Shown one piece after another: positions 19,935-29,103 of a stretch of DNA of 64,000 nucleotides. Within the stretch, counting starts at the first letter, position 1; each line of letters opens with the position of its first letter. This DNA is from Sedimentisphaeraceae bacterium JB056 (GTDB lineage Bacteria > Planctomycetota > Phycisphaerae > Sedimentisphaerales > Sedimentisphaeraceae). Below the pieces are notes generated by a model, which was not told the origin of the DNA, made no database searches, and worked only from the letters and a program-made list of their open reading frames with translations. Location of the stretch: the NCBI GenBank assembly GCA_044440125.1, contig JBITAJ010000011.1:102648-166647 (forward strand), written 5' to 3'. The translations under genes and the position numbers were made by a program.

Positions 19935-20262
19935 TAAAGCTATACCTGTATAAATTGTTTTTTAGAGACCATGGCGTCTAATTAAAGAAACCACTGGAGC
20001 CAAGGGATTATAATAATTAAAGCATGAAAATCAACTACTAACTGTTACGGCGTTTTTGGTTGTTTCTTCGTGTATGTTGCTTTATTATGAAAGAATTGAA
20101 TGTTTTTCAGGCAGTTTAGTGCATAATGTGTAGGGTATTACTTGACTTTTTCTACCCTATTGCGTTATAATCCCATGGGTTATAAGTTTTTAAGGTGGTT
20201 GCGTTTATTAACGTATATCATAATGGTTGGTAGTTTTTTTAATTATATTTTGGAGTTTTTAT

Positions 20263-21297
20263 ATGTTATTATACTTTATCAGGATGTTGTTTGTCCTTAT
20301 CATCATTGCAGTGCTTTTCATGGCTCTTGATTCGGGAGTTGAGTCTGGAGTTTTGAATGAACCTCGATTGCTTACAGGCTACCTTATTGCGATGTTCATG
20401 GCGATATTGGTTATTGTCTTGGATTGGTTGACACCTAAGAAATACCTCGCATCTCTTGCCGGAATCTTCTTTGGAATATTGGTTGGTATGCTTATAAGCT
20501 GGGCACTCAGTCCGCTTATTGATATAATCAATGAGATCTATATACAGATGGAGCCGCAATCGCTGGGAACTACCAGGTGGATTGTGAGCTTGTGTATCTG
20601 TTATCTGACGGTTAGTGTGGTGATACGTACTAAGGACGATGTCCGTTTTATCATACCTTACGTGGAGTTCTCAAGGCAAAGCAAAGGAGTGCGTCCACTT
20701 GTTCTGGATTCATCGGTAATCGTTGATGGCCGTATTGCTGAGCTTGTTGATACCAAGATATTTGATGCTCCTTTCATTGTACCCCGATTTATACTGAACG
20801 AACTGCAATTGCTTTCGGATTCAGCTGACAAGTTGAAACGTGCTCGCGGCAGAAGGGGGCTTGATATGCTTGCAGCTCTTCAGGCAGATTCTGCGATTGA
20901 AATAAAAATAGATGACACACCTCCTCCGGGTCTTGATATGCACTCACCGGTCGATCAGAAGCTTGTAGCGTTCACAAAGAACTGTGACGGCAGGTTAGTG
21001 ACGACTGACTATAATCTTGGCAAGGTAGCACTTTTACGAGAGGTTGACGTTGTCAACATAAACGATATCGCTAAGAGTCTAAAGCCGATAGTGCTGCCAG
21101 GTGAGGCTATGGAGGTCAAGATAATTAAAGCGGGCGAAGAGGCTACTCAGGGCATCGGCTATCTTGATGATGGGACTATGGTCGTTGTTGAGGGAGCGAA
21201 GAATATGATAGGCGAAGTTATAAAGGTGGCGATAACAAGTTCGCTTCAGACATCGGCGGGAAGAATGATTTTTGGAAAATATGAAAACGGTTTATAA
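20263..21297 (+). CDS. Membrane PIN/TRAM-domain protein (YacL-like)
   Basis: 4 TM helices, LDSSVIVDGRI, RARGRRGLD, TTDYNL, GIGYLDDGTMVVV, QTSAGRMIF. Confidence 0.9.
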   Translation: MLLYFIRMLFVLIIIAVLFMALDSGVESGVLNEPRLLTGYLIAMFMAILVIVLDWLTPKKYLASLAGIFFGILVGMLISWALSPLIDIINEIYIQMEPQSLGTTRWIVSLCICYLTVSVVIRTKDDVRFIIPYVEFSRQSKGVRPLVLDSSVIVDGRIAELVDTKIFDAPFIVPRFILNELQLLSDSADKLKRARGRRGLDMLAALQADSAIEIKIDDTPPPGLDMHSPVDQKLVAFTKNCDGRLVTTDYNLGKVALLREVDVVNINDIAKSLKPIVLPGEAMEVKIIKAGEEATQGIGYLDDGTMVVVEGAKNMIGEVIKVAITSSLQTSAGRMIFGKYENGL

Positions 21298-21415
21298 GAT
21301 TTTATTAAAACTTTTTTGGTATATTTTTGACAAAAGTCATATAATTTCCTTGCAATAAATCTCTAATTCAGTAAAGTATCCGTCTCGAATGATTTGACCC
21401 CTGCAAAGGGGTTGG

Positions 21416-21488
21416 GAAGGTGTAGCTCAGTAGGTAGAGCAACGGCCTTTTAAGCCGTAGGTCCTGGGTTCGAGCCCCAGCACCTTCA
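21416..21488 (+). tRNA. tRNA-Lys (anticodon TTT)
   Basis: Full cloverleaf: GAAGGTG/CACCTTC acceptor, GCTC/GAGC D arm, ACGGC-CTTTTAA-GCCGT, CTGGG-TTCGAGC-CCCAG; CCA not encoded. Confidence 0.95.
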
Positions 21489-21504
21489 TTTGATTTAACT
21501 AATT

Positions 21505-21537
21505 GGCTTCTAAGCATTTATGCTTAGAAGCCTTTTT
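21505..21537 (+). terminator. Terminator-like hairpin after tRNA-Lys
   Basis: GGCTTCTAAGCA / TGCTTAGAAGCC followed by TTTTT. Confidence 0.75.
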
Positions 21538-21572
21538 CGTTTTAAAGCTCAAAACACCCATTTTACCCCATA

Positions 21573-21597
21573 GTTCGTCAAAAGTTCGTCAATTTGC
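21573..21597. repeat. Tandem GTTCGTCAA repeat (putative integrase arm-type sites); second copy at 37137-37162
   Basis: GTTCGTCAAAAGTTCGTCAATTTGC versus GTTCGTCAAAAAGTTCGTCAATTTGC. Confidence 0.6.
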
Positions 21598-22057
21598 CAA
21601 AAACTTCGTCGGAAACTTGACGTGCCAGCTCTCTTTCAGATTTTCTCACGGACAAATAATGAGATATTGTTGTCATATTCCAGCCGGTATTGCTTGAGAT
21701 AAGCAGGGGAGCATCGTTGTCGATCGATTCACCGTTTTGCTGTTTCCACTTTAGGAAATCACGGCAGTGTTTTCTAAATGGTCCAACGAAAAACACCTGT
21801 CTCTTCTTGCTTCCTTTGCCACTGCGGACAAGCACTGAACATAGCTTCTCATCAAGAAATAAATCACCGCATTTAAGCTGTGATATCTCCATGACTCTAA
21901 GCCCGGTACTTAACGCAAGGTGAATGATGAAGCGATCTCTTGTTGCTGTCTTGCTTGCATTGGACTTTGCCCTGCGCGTTACTACACTTAGAAGCCTGCT
22001 TGCCTGCTGCTTATTGAGAAACTTATCCCGCTGCAGAACCCAGTTGTGTGTACTCAT
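21578..22057 (-). pseudogene. Internally deleted or chimeric tyrosine recombinase
   Basis: Has TGLRVME (catalytic R) and GKGSKKR (K) but no HxxR box; ends in an integrase-tail-like TT..YLSVR. Confidence 0.8.
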
Positions 22058-22399
22058 CTCTTTTTAATCATAATTTTATTCCTTTCATATTTGGTGTGAA
22101 ATATGAAACTTTCTAATGAGATAAGATGAGTATAAATACCTTTCTGTAAAACAGTTAAGAGGATAATATTTCTTTTATTGCAACACTGAATGACAACTTG
22201 AGGAAAAGAGAATTGAAAACAGAAATAGATGCAAAAACAGCCGAAAGAAAGCTGTTATCGACGAAAATTAAGGGGAAAATCTTTGAAAAAGTGATAAAAA
22301 AAGGTTCAGAAAACACACCTTTCCTGAACCTTTATGATAAATATTATAGCACAATACAAATGCTTTGCAATAGGTTTGCGTAAATCTCAATGTCAAAAT

Positions 22400-22618
22400 G
22401 CGACATTTGTTCTCTTGTGAGAGTACTTCTAACTGAGCCTTAAGATGAGTCAATTGCCCGGTAGAGTTCTTTGTTGATACAATATGCAATACAGGTTGCC
22501 ATTGTGATTAGAAATTTTTGTTTCATAGCCAGTAAATGATACAGAAATCAGTGATTATTGCAATGTATTTCGTCCGCAGGGATTGTAAGTGACATTTCTG
22601 TCGATATTTATGACTATA
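22400..22618 (-). mobile_element. Left end and frameshifted N-terminus of an rve-type IS transposase
   Basis: ATG at 22526 gives MKQKFLITMATCIAYCINKELYRAID then a frameshift to HLKAQLEVL; 22467-22618 aligns without gaps to 53512-53663. Confidence 0.65.
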
Positions 22619-22634
22619 GTGTTTTTGTACCCTA

Positions 22635-23110
22635 CGACGTATTCAAGCTGTTCTACAGAAGAGAGTATGAGATGATTGAGACACTCATATTTTACAGTTT
22701 TGACATACCGTTCTGCGATAGCGTTCAAATCAGGACTTCGTGGTGGAAGTGTAATTGGTTCGATCCCCGAACTTTTGAGGGTCTGATGAAATCCTTGTGA
22801 GCGAAACAAAGGATCTCGATCATGGATGAGGTAGCGTTTGCCGCTTAGAAATCCATCTTCAAAATCAGTAAGTATACGTGCGGCTTGGCGCATATACTGT
22901 CCATCAGGTTGGAGCTTAATAGGGGTGTAGAAGACTTTTCTTGTAGAAAGGTCAATAACGAAAAAGACCATGCATCTGATCAATCGTCCTCTTATAGATA
23001 ATTCCACCGTAAAAAAGTCACATGCTGCAATTATATCCCAATGGCTTCTTAAGAATTCGTGCCATGTTGACCTGACTGACAGGTCTGGCTCAGGGTAACG
23101 TCCGTTTCTT
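22635..23110 (-). pseudogene. rve/integrase-core transposase fragment
   Basis: WHEFLRSH...ACDFFTVE, LIHDRDP, LPPRSPDLNAIAERYVKTVKYECL; N-terminus missing and C-terminus truncated. Confidence 0.85.
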
Positions 23111-23248
23111 TTCAATAAATACAAAATAATAAGTGTGGCGTAATATTGTTGGTAAATAGCCCAATTAGTTTATTTTTAATGCGTGTGAAGCTTAAAATAA
23201 TCCAAATATTGCAAATTTAATCTATCCTCCTTGCTGTGTGTCGTAATG

Positions 23249-23302
23249 TGGCGAAATTTATACGCCATATGGCGTTGACTTGTTTGTGAATTAGAGTATT
23301 AT
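23249..23302 (+). promoter_or_regulatory. Promoter (TTGACT-N16-TATTAT) with TGGCG direct repeats 21 bp apart abutting the -35; candidate XylR/AraC site
   Basis: TGGCG at 23249 and 23270; the locus encodes a XylR-type activator. Confidence 0.45.
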
Positions 23303-23350
23303 GCAAATATGATTTAAGATTTAATATTTGCTTACTTTAAAAGGTGTTTT

Positions 23351-24214
23351 ATGAAAAAGCGAGGTTTTACCTTAATTGAATTATTAGTTGTTATCTCAAT
23401 AATTGCTGTTTTGATGGCAATTATGATGCCGGCTTTGACCAAAGCCAGAAATCAAGCAAAAATAGTTTCATGTGTTGCAAATACTAAGCAGATTGCTACG
23501 ATGGTTTCACTTTATCAGGCAGATAATAATGGCAAAGTTCCCTTGATGCTTAATATTTGGGCTCTTCAGTATTGTCCTACAAGCAGTACTAATCTTTCTG
23601 TTGCCCTCCGTGATTATTATGATTTTTCAATACCTTCAGATTGGAATCCTAAAGAGAAATATTTAGGAGACAATTATTCAAGGGTTACTGAATATTACGA
23701 AAAACACATTGCTGACTATTTTGTATGCCCTTACAGTAGAGGAAAATCGTCTGTAGACACAGGCTGGAAAACGCTTGGGAAAGAGAAGATTCAGAATGGA
23801 GAGTTTCAACTGTACGAAATGTCAGGGTTTATGGAAAATTATAACACTCCACTCTGGCAATACAAAGCAGGAGAGGTCATAACATCGGATCTTAATGCGC
23901 CTGATGGTGTACGTCAGTATGGCAGTCTGGTATGGTGGAATCCCGGATCTGTTCCTAATGGTTATAATGCAAGAGACAGTTATGATAAGCTTACTGAAGC
24001 CAGATGGGGTCGGCCTTATCTTAAAGCAGTTAATGCACCTTCAATGGCGCAGGCTGTAGCATTCTGGTGCAGTGCTGGGCAGTTTCTTACTTCTACATAT
24101 AATGAGCAGGGTGTTTACAATATGGGTAGTCATAAGAAAGGCAGCAGCGGCGGAACTAATGCTGCTTTTGGTGATATGCATGTTCAATGGGTTGATGGTT
24201 TAAGAATCAATTAA
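23351..24214 (+). CDS. Prepilin-type N-terminal cleavage/methylation protein with H-X9-DG-like C-terminus
   Basis: [19 protein letters not shown]-terminal H...TNAAFGDMHV. Confidence 0.9.
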   Translation: MKKRGFTLIELLVVISIIAVLMAIMMPALTKARNQAKIVSCVANTKQIATMVSLYQADNNGKVPLMLNIWALQYCPTSSTNLSVALRDYYDFSIPSDWNPKEKYLGDNYSRVTEYYEKHIADYFVCPYSRGKSSVDTGWKTLGKEKIQNGEFQLYEMSGFMENYNTPLWQYKAGEVITSDLNAPDGVRQYGSLVWWNPGSVPNGYNARDSYDKLTEARWGRPYLKAVNAPSMAQAVAFWCSAGQFLTSTYNEQGVYNMGSHKKGSSGGTNAAFGDMHVQWVDGLRIN

Positions 24215-24337
24215 AGTGATCATTTGATTGATTCGGTTATTTGGTGATTGACTTACTTTACCGCGCGGTTATAAAGTCTAAATCCAGGCCATATAGTGTG
24301 ATATATTTAAGTATTATTCAATTTAGGAGAGTCTTAA

Positions 24338-27300
24338 ATGGTTAAGTTCATTAAGTTTATGTTATTAATTGTATTCGTGTTGGTGATTAGGGCCAATGCC
24401 GATCAAGTGCGTTGGAATTCAACGTGGGCTGATACTGATTGGTTTAATCAGAGTAACTGGGACACCTCAACTGTGCCTGGGACAAGTGATTTTGCTTTTA
24501 TTGAAAGGTCAGTTGGAGTTGTGCTCAATGGCGGTTCACCGACAATCGATCAGTTATTGGTTGGTGGTAGTGGTGATCCGAATTCATCCCTTACAGTATC
24601 AACAGGTGAAACATTTACAACGAATCATTTGAAAATAGCCGAATATGCGGGTACTGTAGGTGATGTGAATGTAAATGGCGGTGATATAGTAGTTAATGGT
24701 ACATTACGTATGTCGCGTGCGGATGATGCAGGGTGTCAGGCCTATCTCAGAATTGATTCCGGAACATTTACTACCGGTTCTGCAGTTTTAGATGAGTTTG
24801 GTGTAACTGCAGGATATGGTGCTTTTGTTGATATTAAACAGGGTTCTTTTACTGTTAATGGTGATGTTGTATCAAATATGTTCAGTTATGTTGATAATGG
24901 ACAGCTTACCGGATACGGCGAAGGTGAGAATGTCCGAGTTAAATATGCTGATTCAAAAACAACGGCGTATGCCGATGATCCCGATGCAGCATTAGGCTCA
25001 ACGCAGATAAGATATCATTATGCTTACGAAGATGGTAACTGGTTTAATCCTATGAACTGGGATGTTTCCAATCTTGGCGGTGGTTACAGATTGCCGAGGC
25101 TCATTGATTTCGCTTTCGTAGACAGAGATGTTGATGCATATCTGGAAAATGGAACGGCAGAGGTTTATGATATGTTTATGGGGGAAAACACCAATGGAGT
25201 AGTGTTGACTGTAGGTACTGGCGGTGTGCTCAATATTACCCGTATTCTTGCAATATCAGAGTATGATGACAGTGATGGTACTATGATTGTTGAGAACGGC
25301 GGTGTGGTAAATGTTATTGGTACTTTAAGAATGTCAAGGAATGATTCTGATACTTCTTTTGCTAAAATTATAGTAAATGACGGCGGCAGTTTTGTTACAC
25401 GAAATCTTACATTTGATCAAAATGGTCAGGTATACGGTTACGGCAGCAGAATTGAACTTAACGGCAGCGGAACTTTTACGAGAGCATTTAACAGAGTAGA
25501 TGAAACAAATCAGCAAATAGCAGACGGAATATATTATGGTAATGGTGTTTGCGGTGCGGTTATTGCCGAATATGATATTGAATCTGATTCGACTATCATA
25601 CGTGCAGCTACTGCTGAGGAGATGAGTGAGCCAATATGGCTTACATGGGATTCTGAATGGGAAGACCAGAATTGGTCTAATCTCTCTAACTGGGCTTTTC
25701 ACAGTGGAAGTCCGAGTATGGTTCTAAGACAGTTAGAACTCACAGACTATGCGTTTATTGACAAGACCGTTGAGGTTCAGATAATTGATCAGACTGCCAA
25801 AGCCGGTCGTATATTTATGGGTGAAGGCAGCCAGACAGTTCTTACTGTGGGTTCCAACGGCAGTCTTGAAGTTGGCGATAATATCTATGTTGCAAGATAT
25901 GATACCAGTAATGCTACATTGAAGGTTGATGGCGGAAGTGTATATGTTGAAAATACTCTGTATGTATCTGAAAATGATACATCAACCTGTGATGGTCATG
26001 TGGAACTTATCAGTGGTGAAATAGAATGTGCCAGACTATTGCTTGACGCAAAAGGTACTAATTCAGCCGGTGCTACGGTAAATATCCAAGATGGTATCCT
26101 GAAGACTAACTATAGTTATTTAAACGAGATAGAGGGTTATATTGCTGATGGCAGACTTACCGGTTTTGGCGACAGCACTCTTGTGAATACTCAATTGCTT
26201 GATGACAGGCTTTGGGTATGGGCAAGCGATCCTAACTCTGCTCACAATCCTTCTCCTGAAGATTTTACAATGTGGCTTTCACCTTCTTCAGTTACATTGA
26301 GTTGGGATGCTGGTCAGACAGCGACAAGCCATAATGTTTATTTTGGCGGTGATGAGATTGTTGCTGACATAAATCAGGACAGTGTTGTTAATCTCGATGA
26401 TATGCTGATTTTGCTTAATGATTGGCTCCTTTATACCAAAACAAGTGTTGACTGGAATACTGATGTAAATAACAATGGTATTGTTGATCTCGATGACTTT
26501 GCAGTATTGGCAAAGAACTTCGGTTCAGATTTAAGCAACTCATTTAAGGGTAATCAAACCGCTGCAACATATAATTGCGGCACATTGAATTATGATCAGC
26601 AGTATTATTGGAGAGTTGACGAGATTACACCTGATGGCACTGTGCCTTCAAAGGTTTGGAGATTCAAGACTGCTTATGATGCTCAGGCTGTTGATACGCC
26701 AATTGTATGGACTGCCACAACTCCTGATTATACTCAGGAAGCAGCCGGATTACCTTTGGCAGGTGCTGTACATGCAACTGTTTATTCAGGTTCTCCAATA
26801 GCTTCAGGTGGCGGTGGGTTAGTAAACCATTTTCCATTTATCTATAAATACGGAAGCTATTACGTAGCAAGTTGGATCAATCATCCTGATTCATTTGATT
26901 CAGCAGGTACAAGAACGCTTTACAGTACAAGTACCGATGGTACCAATTGGACAGCGGCAGCACCATTGGTAGATTATCTTTCTGCAACAGGTGACTCGAC
27001 GGTTGATGGATATGTTTCATACAACCAGTGGTTTAAGGAAATAGATGGGAAATTGTATTCAATAGTCAAGGTGAGAAGAAAAGTTTCTTCAAGCTGGGTA
27101 GGAGATTACTATATTGCCCGTGCTTATACTTCTGCGGCAGTTGCAGATGGTGAACCTTTCTGGCTTGAAGATGAAGCACCTGAAGGTGTATTGAACAGTT
27201 ATTCAGGGTTGAATGATCTTGCTGCGGAGGATACTCAACTTTATGCAGATGCAGTTGTTCTTGCTGAATACATTGAAGATTATCATGATTATTATGGGCC

Positions 27301-27802
27301 GTTTGCCTCTTATGGAGACAGGGTTTATATGACAGATGCAGATGGAAATCTACTCTTTGAGCCTGCTTTCTTTACCCGTCCTGATGGAACAGAGGTGATG
27401 ATTGCAAGAGCGGCAGCTACCTATAATCGATTGTTTGCTACAGAACGCATTCCGGCAGCATTATGGCTGCCTGCGGTTGAGACTAATGTTCAGGATTCTC
27501 CTGCACTTAGTACAGCAGGTAATCTGAATGATGGTACTTGCTATATCATAGGAAATCATGCAGAGCGTGATGATGATACCGAGCGTGATCCACTTACAAT
27601 AGCATTGTCTGATGATGGTGTACATTTTGACAGAGCATTCACGATAAGAACTACGCCTTATGACAGAAACTATGAGACTTCTTCAAGAACAGGCTGTCAG
27701 TATCCTCATGCCGCAGTTGACGGCGATTATCTATGGGTTATTTATTCTATCCATGCTCAGGATATTGCGATAAGCAGAATACCTCTTTCTGCTCTTGATT
27801 AA
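24338..27802 (+). CDS. Secreted modular protein: three ~200-aa beta-rich repeats, Ig/FN3-like domain with inserted dockerin-like module, C-terminal BNR/sialidase-like propeller
   Basis: Signal peptide; repeated W...NW...DF(Y)AFI/V units; DINQDSVVNLDD and DVNNNGIVDLDD; Asp-boxes STDGTNW and SDDGVHF; QYPH. Confidence 0.7.
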   Translation: MVKFIKFMLLIVFVLVIRANADQVRWNSTWADTDWFNQSNWDTSTVPGTSDFAFIERSVGVVLNGGSPTIDQLLVGGSGDPNSSLTVSTGETFTTNHLKIAEYAGTVGDVNVNGGDIVVNGTLRMSRADDAGCQAYLRIDSGTFTTGSAVLDEFGVTAGYGAFVDIKQGSFTVNGDVVSNMFSYVDNGQLTGYGEGENVRVKYADSKTTAYADDPDAALGSTQIRYHYAYEDGNWFNPMNWDVSNLGGGYRLPRLIDFAFVDRDVDAYLENGTAEVYDMFMGENTNGVVLTVGTGGVLNITRILAISEYDDSDGTMIVENGGVVNVIGTLRMSRNDSDTSFAKIIVNDGGSFVTRNLTFDQNGQVYGYGSRIELNGSGTFTRAFNRVDETNQQIADGIYYGNGVCGAVIAEYDIESDSTIIRAATAEEMSEPIWLTWDSEWEDQNWSNLSNWAFHSGSPSMVLRQLELTDYAFIDKTVEVQIIDQTAKAGRIFMGEGSQTVLTVGSNGSLEVGDNIYVARYDTSNATLKVDGGSVYVENTLYVSENDTSTCDGHVELISGEIECARLLLDAKGTNSAGATVNIQDGILKTNYSYLNEIEGYIADGRLTGFGDSTLVNTQLLDDRLWVWASDPNSAHNPSPEDFTMWLSPSSVTLSWDAGQTATSHNVYFGGDEIVADINQDSVVNLDDMLILLNDWLLYTKTSVDWNTDVNNNGIVDLDDFAVLAKNFGSDLSNSFKGNQTAATYNCGTLNYDQQYYWRVDEITPDGTVPSKVWRFKTAYDAQAVDTPIVWTATTPDYTQEAAGLPLAGAVHATVYSGSPIASGGGGLVNHFPFIYKYGSYYVASWINHPDSFDSAGTRTLYSTSTDGTNWTAAAPLVDYLSATGDSTVDGYVSYNQWFKEIDGKLYSIVKVRRKVSSSWVGDYYIARAYTSAAVADGEPFWLEDEAPEGVLNSYSGLNDLAAEDTQLYADAVVLAEYIEDYHDYYGPFASYGDRVYMTDADGNLLFEPAFFTRPDGTEVMIARAAATYNRLFATERIPAALWLPAVETNVQDSPALSTAGNLNDGTCYIIGNHAERDDDTERDPLTIALSDDGVHFDRAFTIRTTPYDRNYETSSRTGCQYPHAAVDGDYLWVIYSIHAQDIAISRIPLSALD

Positions 27803-27816
27803 GATTAAACTAATTT

Positions 27817-27857
27817 TCAGGTTCGGGTATGCATCAGCTCTGCCCGAACCTGATTTT
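27817..27857 (+). terminator. Stem-loop or terminator after the secreted protein gene
   Basis: TCAGGTTCGGG / CCCGAACCTGA followed by TTTT. Confidence 0.65.
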
Positions 27858-27864
27858 GAAAGAT

Positions 27865-29049
27865 ATGAAAATGCCTTATGTACCTAAAATATTATTACTG
27901 ATAGAAGCATCGCGTGGACATGGTCGATTGCTTCTCAGAGGTATAGCTAATTATATAAGACTTCACGGACCGTGGTCGGTTCATCCTGAGATATTTGAGA
28001 GGTTCTATCGTGATGACAGTGGGTATGTTTTAGGTTTTAATAATCTGTTCAGTAACGGCAGTAATATTGATGGTGTAATTACGCGTGATATAGAACGTGC
28101 CCAGCAATTCATAGATGAAGGTATTCCGACAATAATGGCCATACAGCCTCCAAAAATTAATAAGAATATTCCTCATATAGTAATTGAACATGATAAGATT
28201 GGTCAGATGGCGGCTGAACATATGTTTAACCGCGGTTTTAGAAATTTTGCATTTTATGGATTCAGTAATATGTACTGGTCAGACAAACGTGCAGAAGGTT
28301 TTCGCAGTTACCTTAGTGAGGCAGGTTTTGATGCAGACATTTACAGAATGGCAAATAATAATTATTATGAAGGCGGTATTGAACATTCAGGTGTTGCCAG
28401 TTGGCTCAGATCGCTTCCAAAGCCATGTGCACTTCTTGCAGTAAACGATGATCGTGCTCAGTATATAACGTCATTGTGTAATTGGCTGGATATCAAGGTG
28501 CCTGAGGATATTGCAATTGTCGGGGTGGATAATGATGATTTGATTTGTGATTTGTCTGATCCTTCACTTTCAAGTATTGCTCTGAATACTCAGCGGGCAG
28601 GTTATGAAGCAGCAGGCTTGCTTGACAGACTTATAGGCGGCGAAAAAATGGATGGGCAGATAATAACTATTGAGCCTACTCATGTTATAGAGCGTCAGTC
28701 GACAGATATCGTAACAATTGAAGACGAAGATATTTCTGTTGCAATTAGGTTTATACGTGAAAATGCAAAGCGGGCAATTCAGGTTAATGAGGTTGCTGAT
28801 GCTGTTGGGCTTGGCCGAAGAACACTTGAGAGAAGATTTCTTAAGCATTTAAGATGTACTGTAAACAGAGAGATACAGCGAGTTCGGGTTGAATATATGG
28901 CAAGATTAATCTGTGAGACAATGATGCCTATAGCGGATATTGCTCAGCAGACAGGTTTTCCAAGTATAGATCATATCTCCCGATACTTCAAACGTGAAAA
29001 AGGGCTTACTCCTGTCGAATATCGGCAGAAGTACAGTCTTCTATTATGA
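27865..29049 (+). CDS. XylR-type regulator (periplasmic-binding-like domain plus AraC HTH)
   Basis: VPEDIAIVGVDND, LSSI, RQSTD, RRTLERRF, SRYFKREKGLTP. Confidence 0.9.
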   Translation: MKMPYVPKILLLIEASRGHGRLLLRGIANYIRLHGPWSVHPEIFERFYRDDSGYVLGFNNLFSNGSNIDGVITRDIERAQQFIDEGIPTIMAIQPPKINKNIPHIVIEHDKIGQMAAEHMFNRGFRNFAFYGFSNMYWSDKRAEGFRSYLSEAGFDADIYRMANNNYYEGGIEHSGVASWLRSLPKPCALLAVNDDRAQYITSLCNWLDIKVPEDIAIVGVDNDDLICDLSDPSLSSIALNTQRAGYEAAGLLDRLIGGEKMDGQIITIEPTHVIERQSTDIVTIEDEDISVAIRFIRENAKRAIQVNEVADAVGLGRRTLERRFLKHLRCTVNREIQRVRVEYMARLICETMMPIADIAQQTGFPSIDHISRYFKREKGLTPVEYRQKYSLLL

Positions 29050-29103
29050 GTTTAACAGAATTTTATATTAACAGCGAATAAACACCACAGGGATAAACTT
29101 TCC

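Noticed and set aside
22198..22383. 61-aa Lys-rich ORF
   Set aside because: TTG start, low complexity, lies in decayed mobile DNA, no recognisable domain
22467..22618. 152-bp direct repeat with 53512-53663 as island att ends or an ncRNA
   Set aside because: The minus strand encodes a promoter and a transposase-like N-terminus, so it is better explained as an IS left end
23361..23450. DNA similarity between the 5' ends of the two prepilin genes as a recombination or shufflon site
   Set aside because: Differences are mostly synonymous, as expected from protein-level conservation of the pilin helix
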